A DNA stretch of 64,000 bases from Hydrurus foetidus (Eukaryota): positions 248,001 through 312,000 of the forward strand of contig UYFQ01000004.1 in the NCBI GenBank assembly GCA_900617105.1. Reading direction: 5' to 3'. The position numbers and the translations under genes were made by a program. Of this stretch, positions 49,289 through 59,269 are shown in pieces (within the stretch, counting starts at the first letter, position 1; every line of letters begins with the position of its first letter). The notes beneath the pieces were generated by a model, which saw nothing but the letters and a program-made list of their open reading frames with translations, was not told the origin of the DNA and made no database searches.

Positions 49289-49918
49289 TTAAACGCTTTC
49301 GTTGAGTGACCGTGCCCCAATGTCTTCAGCAGTCAGTTTGGCCTTTCGCCCCCCAAGAAGCTGGTCGAGCTTTGCGCGAGACTCTGTGCCGCGCTGAACA
49401 ATACTGACCAGTTTTTTTGCCGTATTTTTACCGTCAGCACCGTCGGCCATCAGCTGAACAAATGTTTTGCCTTGGGCTATCGTTCGGTCGAGCATTAATG
49501 AGGTGAGCTTGAATCCAAGTTCAGTAAACACGTTTCCAGCCTGTGCCAGTTGCTTGAGTTTTTCTTGATGCACCGACTTTGGTGTCTCACCATCCAGCCA
49601 GTTGTAAAGCGTTTGACGCGACACGCCAAATACTTCTGGGAGGCGCGACAAGGTTCGACCAAAACCTGTTTTGACCTCTTGCATGAGCGTTGCAAAAGGG
49701 TTTTGCTCAACCGGACTGATGAACTCAAGCACTTTAAACGGCTGATAGCCCATGGAATTGCGAACGAAAAGTTCGCCAGCTAAACCACCGGTTCCCACCT
49801 CTCGGTGTGGAAAGGGGCGAGCAACTGCAATAACACGGCTGTAAACGGCTGGCTGAGGGCGGTAATGTGCCCCGGCGAAGTCAGTGGTAAGCGGCAATGG
49901 CGAGAAGGCAAAAGTCAT
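49289..49918 (-). CDS. Hypothetical protein with Xre-like HTH
   Basis: LSRLPEVFGVSRQTLYNWLDG; TAATG coupling to the upstream gene. Confidence 0.75.
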   Translation of the reverse strand: MTFAFSPLPLTTDFAGAHYRPQPAVYSRVIAVARPFPHREVGTGGLAGELFVRNSMGYQPFKVLEFISPVEQNPFATLMQEVKTGFGRTLSRLPEVFGVSRQTLYNWLDGETPKSVHQEKLKQLAQAGNVFTELGFKLTSLMLDRTIAQGKTFVQLMADGADGKNTAKKLVSIVQRGTESRAKLDQLLGGRKAKLTAEDIGARSLNESV

Positions 49919-50703
49919 TATTCGTTCCAGACTGCCAGAGCATGCGGCGTTACTGTCGACTTGAAGGTCGCGCTGATGATGTTGTGAATTTTCTGTAGTT
50001 GCTGCGCAATGTCATCTAAGGAGAATAAATAGCGTCCCTCTATAAAACCGTCAGTATCAAGAATGGCATGTTTACCCTGGACTCCCGTAAATTGACTTTG
50101 CACCGCCATGCCTTGCGGAAGTAAGTCTGGAGGAAAAGCCAAGCCACCCTCTTGTGTTACGACCCGTGCCTGCAAACGAATATCGCCAAATGCGCTCAGG
50201 GTCTCTGTGAATGAGTGGATAGCTTGGCCTCCGAGCTTAGCGTTCAGTCCAAAAACTTCGGGGGCGAGATAGTTTTCCAGAACATCTCCAGCCTTGGGGG
50301 AAACTTGGTCAAGGTGGCGCAGCCCAACGCGTTCAGTGAAGTCCAGGAACACGGTTTCATGCACAAGCTTTAGCCCCTTCAAAAAGTCGGCAGAGAACGA
50401 CTCAAAGGTGCCGTAATCCGTCGATTGAAACGTCAAAGTATTTGAACTGAGTACGAAACAATGCATTTGGTCACTGCTTGCGAACAGGTGCTGTTCGTGA
50501 GGTACTGGCTGTGGAACAGTCTGCCCATCTTGAGTGATGAACTGTAGCGCTATGCTCGTGTGAAGGGTGTATGCCGGGTAGCCCGTTTTACGTAGCAACT
50601 CTTGAATGGACGGCAAGTAGTCCGACAGCTTCAACAACGCATTGAAGCGAACCTGGGCTACAGTGAAGTAGACCGGTGGATTCTTCAGTGGCGTTCCCAT
50701 CAT
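49918..50703 (-). CDS. TIGR04255-like protein
   Basis: LKNPPV..AQVRF, Y..FE.F, ERVGLR, ILDTD, W near the C-terminus; pattern recognised from memory. Confidence 0.75.
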   Translation of the reverse strand: MMGTPLKNPPVYFTVAQVRFNALLKLSDYLPSIQELLRKTGYPAYTLHTSIALQFITQDGQTVPQPVPHEQHLFASSDQMHCFVLSSNTLTFQSTDYGTFESFSADFLKGLKLVHETVFLDFTERVGLRHLDQVSPKAGDVLENYLAPEVFGLNAKLGGQAIHSFTETLSAFGDIRLQARVVTQEGGLAFPPDLLPQGMAVQSQFTGVQGKHAILDTDGFIEGRYLFSLDDIAQQLQKIHNIISATFKSTVTPHALAVWNE

Positions 50704-50874
50704 CTACTCCTGTTGTATTGACGTTCAGTTTACACTGTGATTGACAAATTCAGATATCCTTTATTGCAAAGTTTTTCTAGCGTCTTTTCCGATGTTGCAG
50801 TTCAACAGTACCGTTACAGAAAACATACGATGTTATTGAACCTGAAGAGATGAGAGACTAAAAACCAGCCGCTT

Positions 50875-52233
50875 TCACTTCGTAATCGACACTTTTTGCC
50901 ATCTGGGCATCTGGCCCCCAATCACCTTCAAATTCTCCGTCGCAACCACCCGAAACCCGTCCGAAATACGCGCATCGCCCGCCGCTGCCGCCCAAAACAC
51001 CTCGGCCAACGCCCGAGCGTTTTCCCACGCGGGCAGCGTGGCGGTGGTGGGTTGCAGGGGACGGGCGGCGAAATCCCGCGCCACCAACTCACCACCTACC
51101 GGCGCGTAGAGCATGGGCAGCATGTCGTAGGTGGGCGAGAGCGCCCAGTCGTCACCGTCCAGCAGCAGCGAGATGTTGCCGTAGTGGCGGTCGGTGTTGG
51201 CGATCAAGATGCCGTAAGCCTCCAGCAGGCACAGGTGGCGGGCATCGCCGGGGCGCAGCAGGCCACGCGCTTGCATCCGCTCAGCCGTGGCCGCCCAGTT
51301 GTCCATCGCGCCCACGTACTCTGCGTCGTACACCATCAGGGACACCATGCCGATGCGGCCTAGCGTTGGCTCATTCACTGCTCGGTCAAACCGCTCAGCC
51401 TCCAGAAAGACGCGCCCGACCCCAGTGACGATGGCCGTCTTGGCCGCAGGAACGCCCGCATCGGCGAGCGTCTTCAACGCCAAGTGCTCGCAGACCAGCA
51501 AATCCCGTGTGCGTTGGTCGGTGGGCGAATCGCCAGCGGGCGAGAACTTCACGATCACCGGTCGCCCCGCCGTCACGGTGCAAAACTTGGGCTGCTCGCC
51601 CCCAGCGGACGACCCCGGCAACGTGCCCTGCATGGCCTGCTCAGCCAGACGCGGGTAATCGTCGGCACTGTCCACCTTGGATTGACGCGCCGCCAGCGTG
51701 TGAAAGCGCTCAAACGCCACCTCGCCCACGATCAAATTGCCGGGCAAATCGTCACCAAACAGCGCCAACGCCCGCAGCATGTCGTCATCCGTCCAAAAGC
51801 GCGGGTCAGGCCCGAGTTGCAGCTCAGGATGCGAATGCGCAAACGTGCGCCCCATGAACCCCTGTGGCCGCATATCGTCCAAAAACCAAGGCAAACCATC
51901 GTGCCGCTGGCTGACCCCATCCGCCTCGTCCACCCACACCGCACCGCCCACCAGCGGTGTCAACCGTGCAAACGGACTGGCTTGCCCGTGGGCATCAATC
52001 CGAACAATAGGAATCACCTGCCCCAGACCAGCCACAGCACGTGGCAACACATACCGCTGCGACCGCGCTGCCCCCACCTTGACCACCTCACCCGATTGCA
52101 GCAGCGGCGCGAGTGCGCGAGATACCGTGGGCTGGCTGACACCGAGCGCGGCTTGCAGCTCAGCAGCAGTGACGACGCTGCCGCGCTGGCGCAGGGTTTG
52201 GAGCAGGGTGGGGACGAGTGGATTGGGTTTCAC
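50875..52233 (-). CDS. yjjJ: HipA-family kinase toxin YjjJ with N-terminal HTH
   Basis: GVSQPTVSR HTH, RPQGFMGR, GSSAGGEQPKF, IANTDRHYGN, PTYDMLPM. Confidence 0.9.
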   Translation of the reverse strand: MKPNPLVPTLLQTLRQRGSVVTAAELQAALGVSQPTVSRALAPLLQSGEVVKVGAARSQRYVLPRAVAGLGQVIPIVRIDAHGQASPFARLTPLVGGAVWVDEADGVSQRHDGLPWFLDDMRPQGFMGRTFAHSHPELQLGPDPRFWTDDDMLRALALFGDDLPGNLIVGEVAFERFHTLAARQSKVDSADDYPRLAEQAMQGTLPGSSAGGEQPKFCTVTAGRPVIVKFSPAGDSPTDQRTRDLLVCEHLALKTLADAGVPAAKTAIVTGVGRVFLEAERFDRAVNEPTLGRIGMVSLMVYDAEYVGAMDNWAATAERMQARGLLRPGDARHLCLLEAYGILIANTDRHYGNISLLLDGDDWALSPTYDMLPMLYAPVGGELVARDFAARPLQPTTATLPAWENARALAEVFWAAAAGDARISDGFRVVATENLKVIGGQMPRWQKVSITK

Positions 52234-52333
52234 ATGAAGCTGGCAGTGAATGAATTAAAAATAGACAATTTTAATTTAAATCAACAATTTACAAGAATTT
52301 ATGAATAGATACTTCACAACATGGCTGATGTAA

Positions 52334-52363
52334 TGAAAAACGCGCCCAAGGGCGCGTTTTTCA
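52334..52363. terminator. Symmetric intrinsic terminator after gap
   Basis: TGAAAAACGCGCCC-AA-GGGCGCGTTTTTCA. Confidence 0.88.
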
Positions 52364-52380
52364 CGAGTGCAGCAGCCGAA

Positions 52381-53394
<1,014 letters not shown>

Positions 53395-53430
53395 TTAAAA
53401 CAAACTTAAAACAAGCTTGAGCGGATCAAT

Positions 53431-55539
53431 TTACTTGCCCAGCGCGACTTGCACCGTCTCAGCCACGTTCTCAGGCGTGAAGCCGAAGTGCTTGAACAAT
53501 TCGGGGGCAGGGGCGGATTCGCCGTAGGTGTCGATGCCAACGACGGCTGCGCAGCCGTATTTCCACCAGCCGCTGGTGACGCCCATTTCCACGGCGATAC
53601 GGGGCAAGCCTTTGGGCAGTACGGCAGTTTTGTACTCGACGCTTTGGGCATCAAAAGTGGTGGTGCTGGGCATGGATACGACGCGGACAGCTATGTTTTT
53701 GGTAGCTAGTAGTGCCTGCGCCTTCACGGCCAGCTGTACTTCGGAGCCGGTAGCGATGATGACGGCTTGCGCACGGCGCTTGATGCCCACGTCGCTGGGT
53801 TCGCTGAGCACGTAAGCGCCCTTGTTGATCGCGTCCAAACCGGATGCATCAGGGGCGACGGCGGAAGTCGCTTTGGCCAAGTAGGCAAGGTTTTGGCGGC
53901 TGAGCAACATCGCGGTGGGCTTGCTCTTGTTTTGCAAGGCAACGGCCCAGGCGACGGTGGTTTCAGCGGTGTCAGCGGGGCGCCACACGTCCAAGTTGGG
54001 AATCAAACGCAGGCTGGCCGCGTGTTCGATGCTCTGGTGGGTGGGGCCGTCTTCGCCCAAGCCAATGCTGTCGTGCGTGAAGACGTGGATGACGCGGCGC
54101 TTCATCAGTGCAGCCATGCGGATGGCGTTGCGTGAGTAGTCGCTGAACGTCAAGAACGTGCCGCCGTAAGGGATGTAGCCACCGTGCAGGGCCACGCCGT
54201 TCATGATGGCGGCCATGCCGAATTCGCGCACACCGTAGTTGATGTGGCGACCGATTTGGCCTTCAGCGGTGGTAACAACATCGCCCGCTACATCCACGCG
54301 GAAAGCGGGGGTGGATTTGGTGTTCGTCAGGTTAGAGCCGGTCAAGTCCGCGCTGCCACCGAGCAACTCGGGCAAGGCGGCGGTGAGGGCTTCGAGCGCG
54401 AGCTGACTGGCCTTGCGGCTGGCCACGGTTTCGCCTTTGGTGTGGGCCGCGATCACGGCATCGACCACGACCTGGTTGAAATCCTTGGGCAACTCGCCTT
54501 TCATGCGGCGCAGGAATTCTTTGGCTTCTTGGGGGAACGCTGCCTTGTAAGCGGCGAACTTGGTGTTCCAGGTGGCTTCAGCGGCTTTGCCTTCAGCCTT
54601 GCAATCCCAGGCAGCGACCACGTCTTTAGGGATTTTGAACGGCTCAGCCGTCCAGCCCAAGGATTCGCGCGTCAGCTTGATTTCTTCAGCACCTAGGGGT
54701 TCGCCGTGGGCTTTGGAGGTGTTGGCGCGGTTCGGGCTGCCTTTGCCGATGTGGGTTTTGCAGATCACCAGGGTGGGCTTGTCGGCGCTGGTCTTGGCGC
54801 TGGTGAGGGCGGCGGAGACCGCAGCAGCGTCATGGCCGTCGATGGGGCCAATCACGTTCCAGCCGTAAGCGGTGAAGCGCTGGGCGGTGTTGTCGATGAA
54901 CCAAGGGGTAACTTGGCCGTCAATTGAGATGCCGTTGTCGTCGTACAGGGCGATCAACTTGTTCAGCTTCCATGCGCCAGCGAGGGCTGCCGCTTCGTGG
55001 CTGATGCCTTCCATCAGGCAACCGTCGCCCATGAACACGTAGGTGTTGTGGTTCACGATGTCGAGCTTTTTGCCCTTGACTTCCCGGTTGAATTCTTTAG
55101 CGAGCAGCTTTTCAGCAAGGGCAAAGCCAACCGCGTTGGTGATGCCCTGGCCGAGCGGGCCGGTGGTGGTTTCCACGCCGGGGGTCACGTCCACTTCGGG
55201 GTGGCCGGGGGTCAGGCTGTGCATTTGGCGGAAATTTTTCAACTCGGCCATGGGCAGCTTGTAGCCGGTGAGGTGCAGCAAAGCGTACAGCAACATGGAG
55301 CCGTGGCCGTTGCTCAACACAAAGCGGTCGCGGTCAGCCCACTGGGGGTTGGTGGGCGAATGCTTGAGGTGGCCTTGTACCGCAGAAGGGCCCCACAAAG
55401 CGACGGCCATATCGGCCATGCCCATGGGGGCACCGGGGTGGCCCGAGTTGGCTTGTTGCACGGCATCCATCGCCAAAGCGCGGATGGCGTTCGCCATGGT
55501 GGAGGTCGTTGTGGGGGTCGTGGTCGAGGTCGCAGCCAT
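53431..55539 (-). CDS. tkt: Transketolase
   Basis: SGHPGAPMG, GDGCLMEG, THDSIGLGEDGPTHQ. Confidence 0.98.
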   Translation of the reverse strand: MAATSTTTPTTTSTMANAIRALAMDAVQQANSGHPGAPMGMADMAVALWGPSAVQGHLKHSPTNPQWADRDRFVLSNGHGSMLLYALLHLTGYKLPMAELKNFRQMHSLTPGHPEVDVTPGVETTTGPLGQGITNAVGFALAEKLLAKEFNREVKGKKLDIVNHNTYVFMGDGCLMEGISHEAAALAGAWKLNKLIALYDDNGISIDGQVTPWFIDNTAQRFTAYGWNVIGPIDGHDAAAVSAALTSAKTSADKPTLVICKTHIGKGSPNRANTSKAHGEPLGAEEIKLTRESLGWTAEPFKIPKDVVAAWDCKAEGKAAEATWNTKFAAYKAAFPQEAKEFLRRMKGELPKDFNQVVVDAVIAAHTKGETVASRKASQLALEALTAALPELLGGSADLTGSNLTNTKSTPAFRVDVAGDVVTTAEGQIGRHINYGVREFGMAAIMNGVALHGGYIPYGGTFLTFSDYSRNAIRMAALMKRRVIHVFTHDSIGLGEDGPTHQSIEHAASLRLIPNLDVWRPADTAETTVAWAVALQNKSKPTAMLLSRQNLAYLAKATSAVAPDASGLDAINKGAYVLSEPSDVGIKRRAQAVIIATGSEVQLAVKAQALLATKNIAVRVVSMPSTTTFDAQSVEYKTAVLPKGLPRIAVEMGVTSGWWKYGCAAVVGIDTYGESAPAPELFKHFGFTPENVAETVQVALGK
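53690..53737 (+). repeat. Dispersed motif copy, core plus partial tail (in tkt)
   Basis: GCTATGTTTTTGGTAGC-TAGTAGTGCC; forces CTA CTA and ATA codons in a highly expressed gene. Confidence 0.6.
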
Positions 55540-55921
55540 GGGGAAAAACTTTCGAGGGAGTCGAGAAAATCAGGGATTTTACGGGGGTCAGCAGCACGGC
55601 ACGATTTCACGGAACAACGAACACAAAACGAACCTTCAAAGGTGTTGGAAAGAGGCACCAAAATCCGTGTGAATGGGATGAAGAAGGCAAACGAGTGACC
55701 GTCGCAGGTGCTGCAACAAGCACTTGTTTCTGATGGCAAGAGTAATGCACAGTTCTTGTACCTGACAGCATGGGGACTTCACTGCCAGATGACCAACTCT
55801 TGGTGTAGCGGAACAGATTGCAATTGCGCAAGATTGTTTCGATTAAAACATAATTTGTTTCAATAAGTTCAAAGTGCTATATTCAAGCTATCAAAGCGAA
55901 TTCTCACAAAGGAGAGCAAAA

Positions 55922-56323
55922 ATGTCCGCTGTATTTGAGCGTGCTGGACACGCACCTGCCTCGCAAGACCGGGGCGCACTCGCCAAAATGGTGATGACCT
56001 TGCTGGATCACTGGAAGTTACCCACGGAAGATCAGGCCGCGCTTTTGGGTATTGCCGCCAGCAACCGCGCTGCACTGACGCGCTACCGCAAGGGCGAGGC
56101 TATCGGCACCAGCCGCGACCAGTTTGAGCGTGTGGGCCATTTATTAGGTATTCACAAGAATCTGCGCCTGCTGTTCCCGCAAAACCGTGACTTGGCATAC
56201 CGCTGGATGACCACACGCAACAAGGCATTTGATAACCTAACCCCTGTAACCATTGTGAAGGAATGGGGGTTTGCTGGCTTGTTGATGGTGCGCGCCTATC
56301 TGGATCGGGCGCGTGGCGTTTGA
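55922..56323 (+). CDS. Xre/MbcA/ParS antitoxin
   Basis: HTH plus C-terminal [14 protein letters not shown]...VRAYLD. Confidence 0.88.
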   Translation: MSAVFERAGHAPASQDRGALAKMVMTLLDHWKLPTEDQAALLGIAASNRAALTRYRKGEAIGTSRDQFERVGHLLGIHKNLRLLFPQNRDLAYRWMTTRNKAFDNLTPVTIVKEWGFAGLLMVRAYLDRARGV

Positions 56324-57036
56324 TGGACCAATTGTTCTCTCACCTCACTCTGACGGATGTTCACTGCAACGTCATTCGTAACATTGTTTCCATAGGCGCA
56401 TCACAAGACCTGTTTGATGACTTGTCGAGCAGCCCCGAAGAGTGGGAACTTGCACAACAGGTTGAAGACGAAGTGAAGCCGCAGCCATATCAGTCTCGAA
56501 TCCCCGTCATTCACCGCCCGTTTGAGGATGCCGAATGGTTCAATGCAATTGGGTGGCCCTTCAAGCACTGGCAAGCCAGTCGATTTTCTAACGGGTCATT
56601 TGGGGTCTGGTACGGTTGTGACACGGTGGAAACCTCCGTGCATGAAACCGCCTACCACTGGTTCAGCGGATTCTTGACCGATGCAGGATTTGAAAAAGAG
56701 AAGGTCATTGGCGAACGCAAGCTGTACGAGGTTGCCTGCGATGCGGTGCTGGTGGACTTACGGCCATTGACCACCACACATTCAGACCTGATACACAAGA
56801 CCGACTACAGCACCGCCCAGTCTGCAGGCGCAAGACTTCACCGTGAAGGGCATCCAGGACTGGTGACGGCATCTGTGCGCCATGCGGCAGGGCAGAACTA
56901 TGTCGTCTTGAACCCTGACGTTTTGTCCAACCCACGACACCATTGCCAACTGTCCTATCGGCTTGAGGGCCACCGCATCGTCATTGAGAAAAAGCCCGGA
57001 GTTGTTTGGCTTGAAATCGCCACTGCCACGCTTTGA
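56323..57036 (+). CDS. RES domain toxin (NAD+-consuming family)
   Basis: [26 protein letters not shown] coupling to the antitoxin. Confidence 0.88.
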   Translation: MDQLFSHLTLTDVHCNVIRNIVSIGASQDLFDDLSSSPEEWELAQQVEDEVKPQPYQSRIPVIHRPFEDAEWFNAIGWPFKHWQASRFSNGSFGVWYGCDTVETSVHETAYHWFSGFLTDAGFEKEKVIGERKLYEVACDAVLVDLRPLTTTHSDLIHKTDYSTAQSAGARLHREGHPGLVTASVRHAAGQNYVVLNPDVLSNPRHHCQLSYRLEGHRIVIEKKPGVVWLEIATATL

Positions 57037-57152
57037 ACCGTGATGCCGATGCAACCCAGTACAAACGGAAGTGACCCCATCATTAAACCTGTCTCAAAAT
57101 TGGGATTCACTTCGCCAAACTGCCTTCAACGAATGCTCTACAGTCGCGCTCC

Positions 57153-57521
57153 ATGCAAGGACTTCACCTCACCGCCGACCTCCACCACTGCCAATGCGAG
57201 GCTGCGTGGTTGACGCAAGCGTCGGCCTTGGGCACGTTCTGCGTGGATGCCACGCACGCCGCCGGGCTGCAAGTGGTGAACCAAATTTTTCACACCTTCC
57301 CAGCCACAGCGCACGGCCCTGGAGGGGTGACTGCTACAGTTTTGTTGGCAGAGTCGCACCTGTGCGTCCACACCTGGCCGGAGCAGCAGGCGGTGACGCT
57401 GGACGTGTACGTGTGCAATTTTGGGGGCGACCACAGCGCGAAAGCACAGGCGCTGATGGACGCTTTGGTGCAACTGTTCGCGCCCACAGAGGTGGTGCGA
57501 AACAGCTTGCAGCGAGGCTGA
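57153..57521 (+). CDS. speD: S-adenosylmethionine decarboxylase proenzyme family
   Basis: GGVT..LLAESHLCVHTWPE, DVYVC. Confidence 0.85.
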   Translation: MQGLHLTADLHHCQCEAAWLTQASALGTFCVDATHAAGLQVVNQIFHTFPATAHGPGGVTATVLLAESHLCVHTWPEQQAVTLDVYVCNFGGDHSAKAQALMDALVQLFAPTEVVRNSLQRG

Positions 57522-57547
57522 TTTGGCCTGCTGCTGACGCGACGTGT

Positions 57548-58573
57548 TTACTCCGCCCGAATGTCGTTCGCCTTCACCACTTCGCCCCACAGCTTGAAGT
57601 TGTCGCGGGTCATCGCGGCAAGGTGCTCAGGCGTGCCACCACCAGGTTCTTCGCCACGGTCCAGGATGCTTTTTTGCACGCCGGGATCCTTCAGCGCGGA
57701 ATTCATGGCCGCGTTCATTTTCTTAACAATGTCTGCGCTCAAACCGGGTGGGCCGTAGAGACCGATGAAGGCCGTTACCTTGAAGTCTTTCAACCCCAGC
57801 TCGGTCGCAGTAGGCACCTCAGGGAAAGCGGGCACCCGCTTGGCACCCGTCACCATCAAGGCTCTGAGCTGACCCGATTTGATGAACGGGGCCACCACGG
57901 ACGGTGCATCAAACATGGCACCAATGCGGCCTGCAATCAGGTCGATCATGGCCGGGCCGCTGCCTTTGTAGGGCACATGGTTCATCTTGGGCTTGCCAAT
58001 GCGGTCACGGAACAACTCCATCGTGATGTGCACCAAGCTGCCGGGGCCGCCAGAGCCGTAGTCGATGCCGTTGCGCGCCTTGTCTTCGGCCTTGGCCCAA
58101 GCGATGAACTCGTTCAAGTTCTTGGCCGGGTTGTTGGCGGGCACGGCCAGGACCAAGGACGACTCCAACAGCAGGCCAATGGGTGTCAGCTTGAGCGGGT
58201 CCGCAGACGATGTGTTGCGGTAAGTGTGGGGGTTGATCGTGATGTTGCCGTTGCCCACCAAGAGCTTGTAGCCGTCCGGCGCGGCCTTCATCACGTAGTC
58301 GGTGGCGATATTGCCGCCAACACCGGCCTTGTTGTCAATCACGATGCCCTGACCCAATGCGGACTGCAGACCAGCGGTGAGCATGCGACCCGCAAAGTCG
58401 GTCTGCCCGCCGGGCGGGTAGCCCACCACCAGGGTGACGGCCTTATCGGGAAACGCAGCTTGTGCCCATGTGGCGTTGGGCAAGGCACCCGCCATGCTGG
58501 CCATCAACGCGCCCAAAGCGGTGCGGCGAGACAAGGGAAGTTCAGACAGGGTTGACAGGTTAGGTGCAGTCAT
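57548..58573 (-). CDS. Bug/TctC binding protein with Tat-like signal
   Basis: SRRTAL, YPPGGQTD, HVPYKG. Confidence 0.92.
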   Translation of the reverse strand: MTAPNLSTLSELPLSRRTALGALMASMAGALPNATWAQAAFPDKAVTLVVGYPPGGQTDFAGRMLTAGLQSALGQGIVIDNKAGVGGNIATDYVMKAAPDGYKLLVGNGNITINPHTYRNTSSADPLKLTPIGLLLESSLVLAVPANNPAKNLNEFIAWAKAEDKARNGIDYGSGGPGSLVHITMELFRDRIGKPKMNHVPYKGSGPAMIDLIAGRIGAMFDAPSVVAPFIKSGQLRALMVTGAKRVPAFPEVPTATELGLKDFKVTAFIGLYGPPGLSADIVKKMNAAMNSALKDPGVQKSILDRGEEPGGGTPEHLAAMTRDNFKLWGEVVKANDIRAE

Positions 58574-58643
58574 GGGGCGTCTCCAGAGGGTTAAAAGTGA
58601 GGTCAAGGAAAAAGGGGCGAAAACGAAAACGGGAGCAAAGGCA

Positions 58644-59147
58644 TCAAACGGTGACAGGCGCGTGCAACCAAGCCGCCACCTGGGCTTTCAACTGCACCAG
58701 CGGCAGCGTGGCATCGACACGCAGCACACCGTGCTCTCCCACAGGGGATTCGAGCGTGGCGAACTGGCTGTCCACCAAGCCAGCAGAGAAAAAATGCGCA
58801 GCGCGGGCGCTGACACGGGCGACAGCCTCGTCGCGAGTTAGCTCTAAAAACACAAAACACAACTGCGGTGCGGCGGCCCGCAGTTGATCGCGGTAACTGC
58901 GGCGCAGCGCAGAGCAAGTCAGCACCACGCCGGTAGGCTGGGCGTGCAGGGTTTGCGCCAAATCGGCCAGCCAGCCCGCGCGATCAGCGTCGGTTAGCGG
59001 AATGCCTTGGCTCATTTTTTCGCGGTTGTGGGTGCTGTGGCGGTCATCGCCCTCGATCAACGTCATGCCCTCTGCCTGCGCGATGGCTGCAGCCAGGCTT
59101 GACTTGCCGCAACCGGCTACGCCCATAATCACCATAGAATCGTTCAT
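58644..59147 (-). CDS. gntK: Gluconokinase
   Basis: MGVAGCGKS, PLTDADR, CSALRRSYR, SQFATLE. Confidence 0.92.
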   Translation of the reverse strand: MNDSMVIMGVAGCGKSSLAAAIAQAEGMTLIEGDDRHSTHNREKMSQGIPLTDADRAGWLADLAQTLHAQPTGVVLTCSALRRSYRDQLRAAAPQLCFVFLELTRDEAVARVSARAAHFFSAGLVDSQFATLESPVGEHGVLRVDATLPLVQLKAQVAAWLHAPVTV

Positions 59148-59151
59148 TGAA

Positions 59152-59230
59152 GGACAGCGCTACCCAAGTAAATTTTCAAACTGAATATCAAAGAAATTTA
59201 CTTTTTATTTGATATTGGACAGCGCTATCC
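59152..59230. promoter_or_regulatory. Two LacI-type operators
   Basis: GGACAGCGCTACCC (59152-59165) and GGACAGCGCTATCC (59217-59230), near-palindromes with a central GCGC, between divergent gntK and the regulator. Confidence 0.75.
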
Positions 59231-59269
59231 TAATAAATTCACAAGCCCACGTAATCCGTAGTTACCCTT

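Noticed and set aside
57071..58555. 494-aa plus-strand ORF
   Set aside because: Overlaps speD out of frame and is antisense to the Bug gene.
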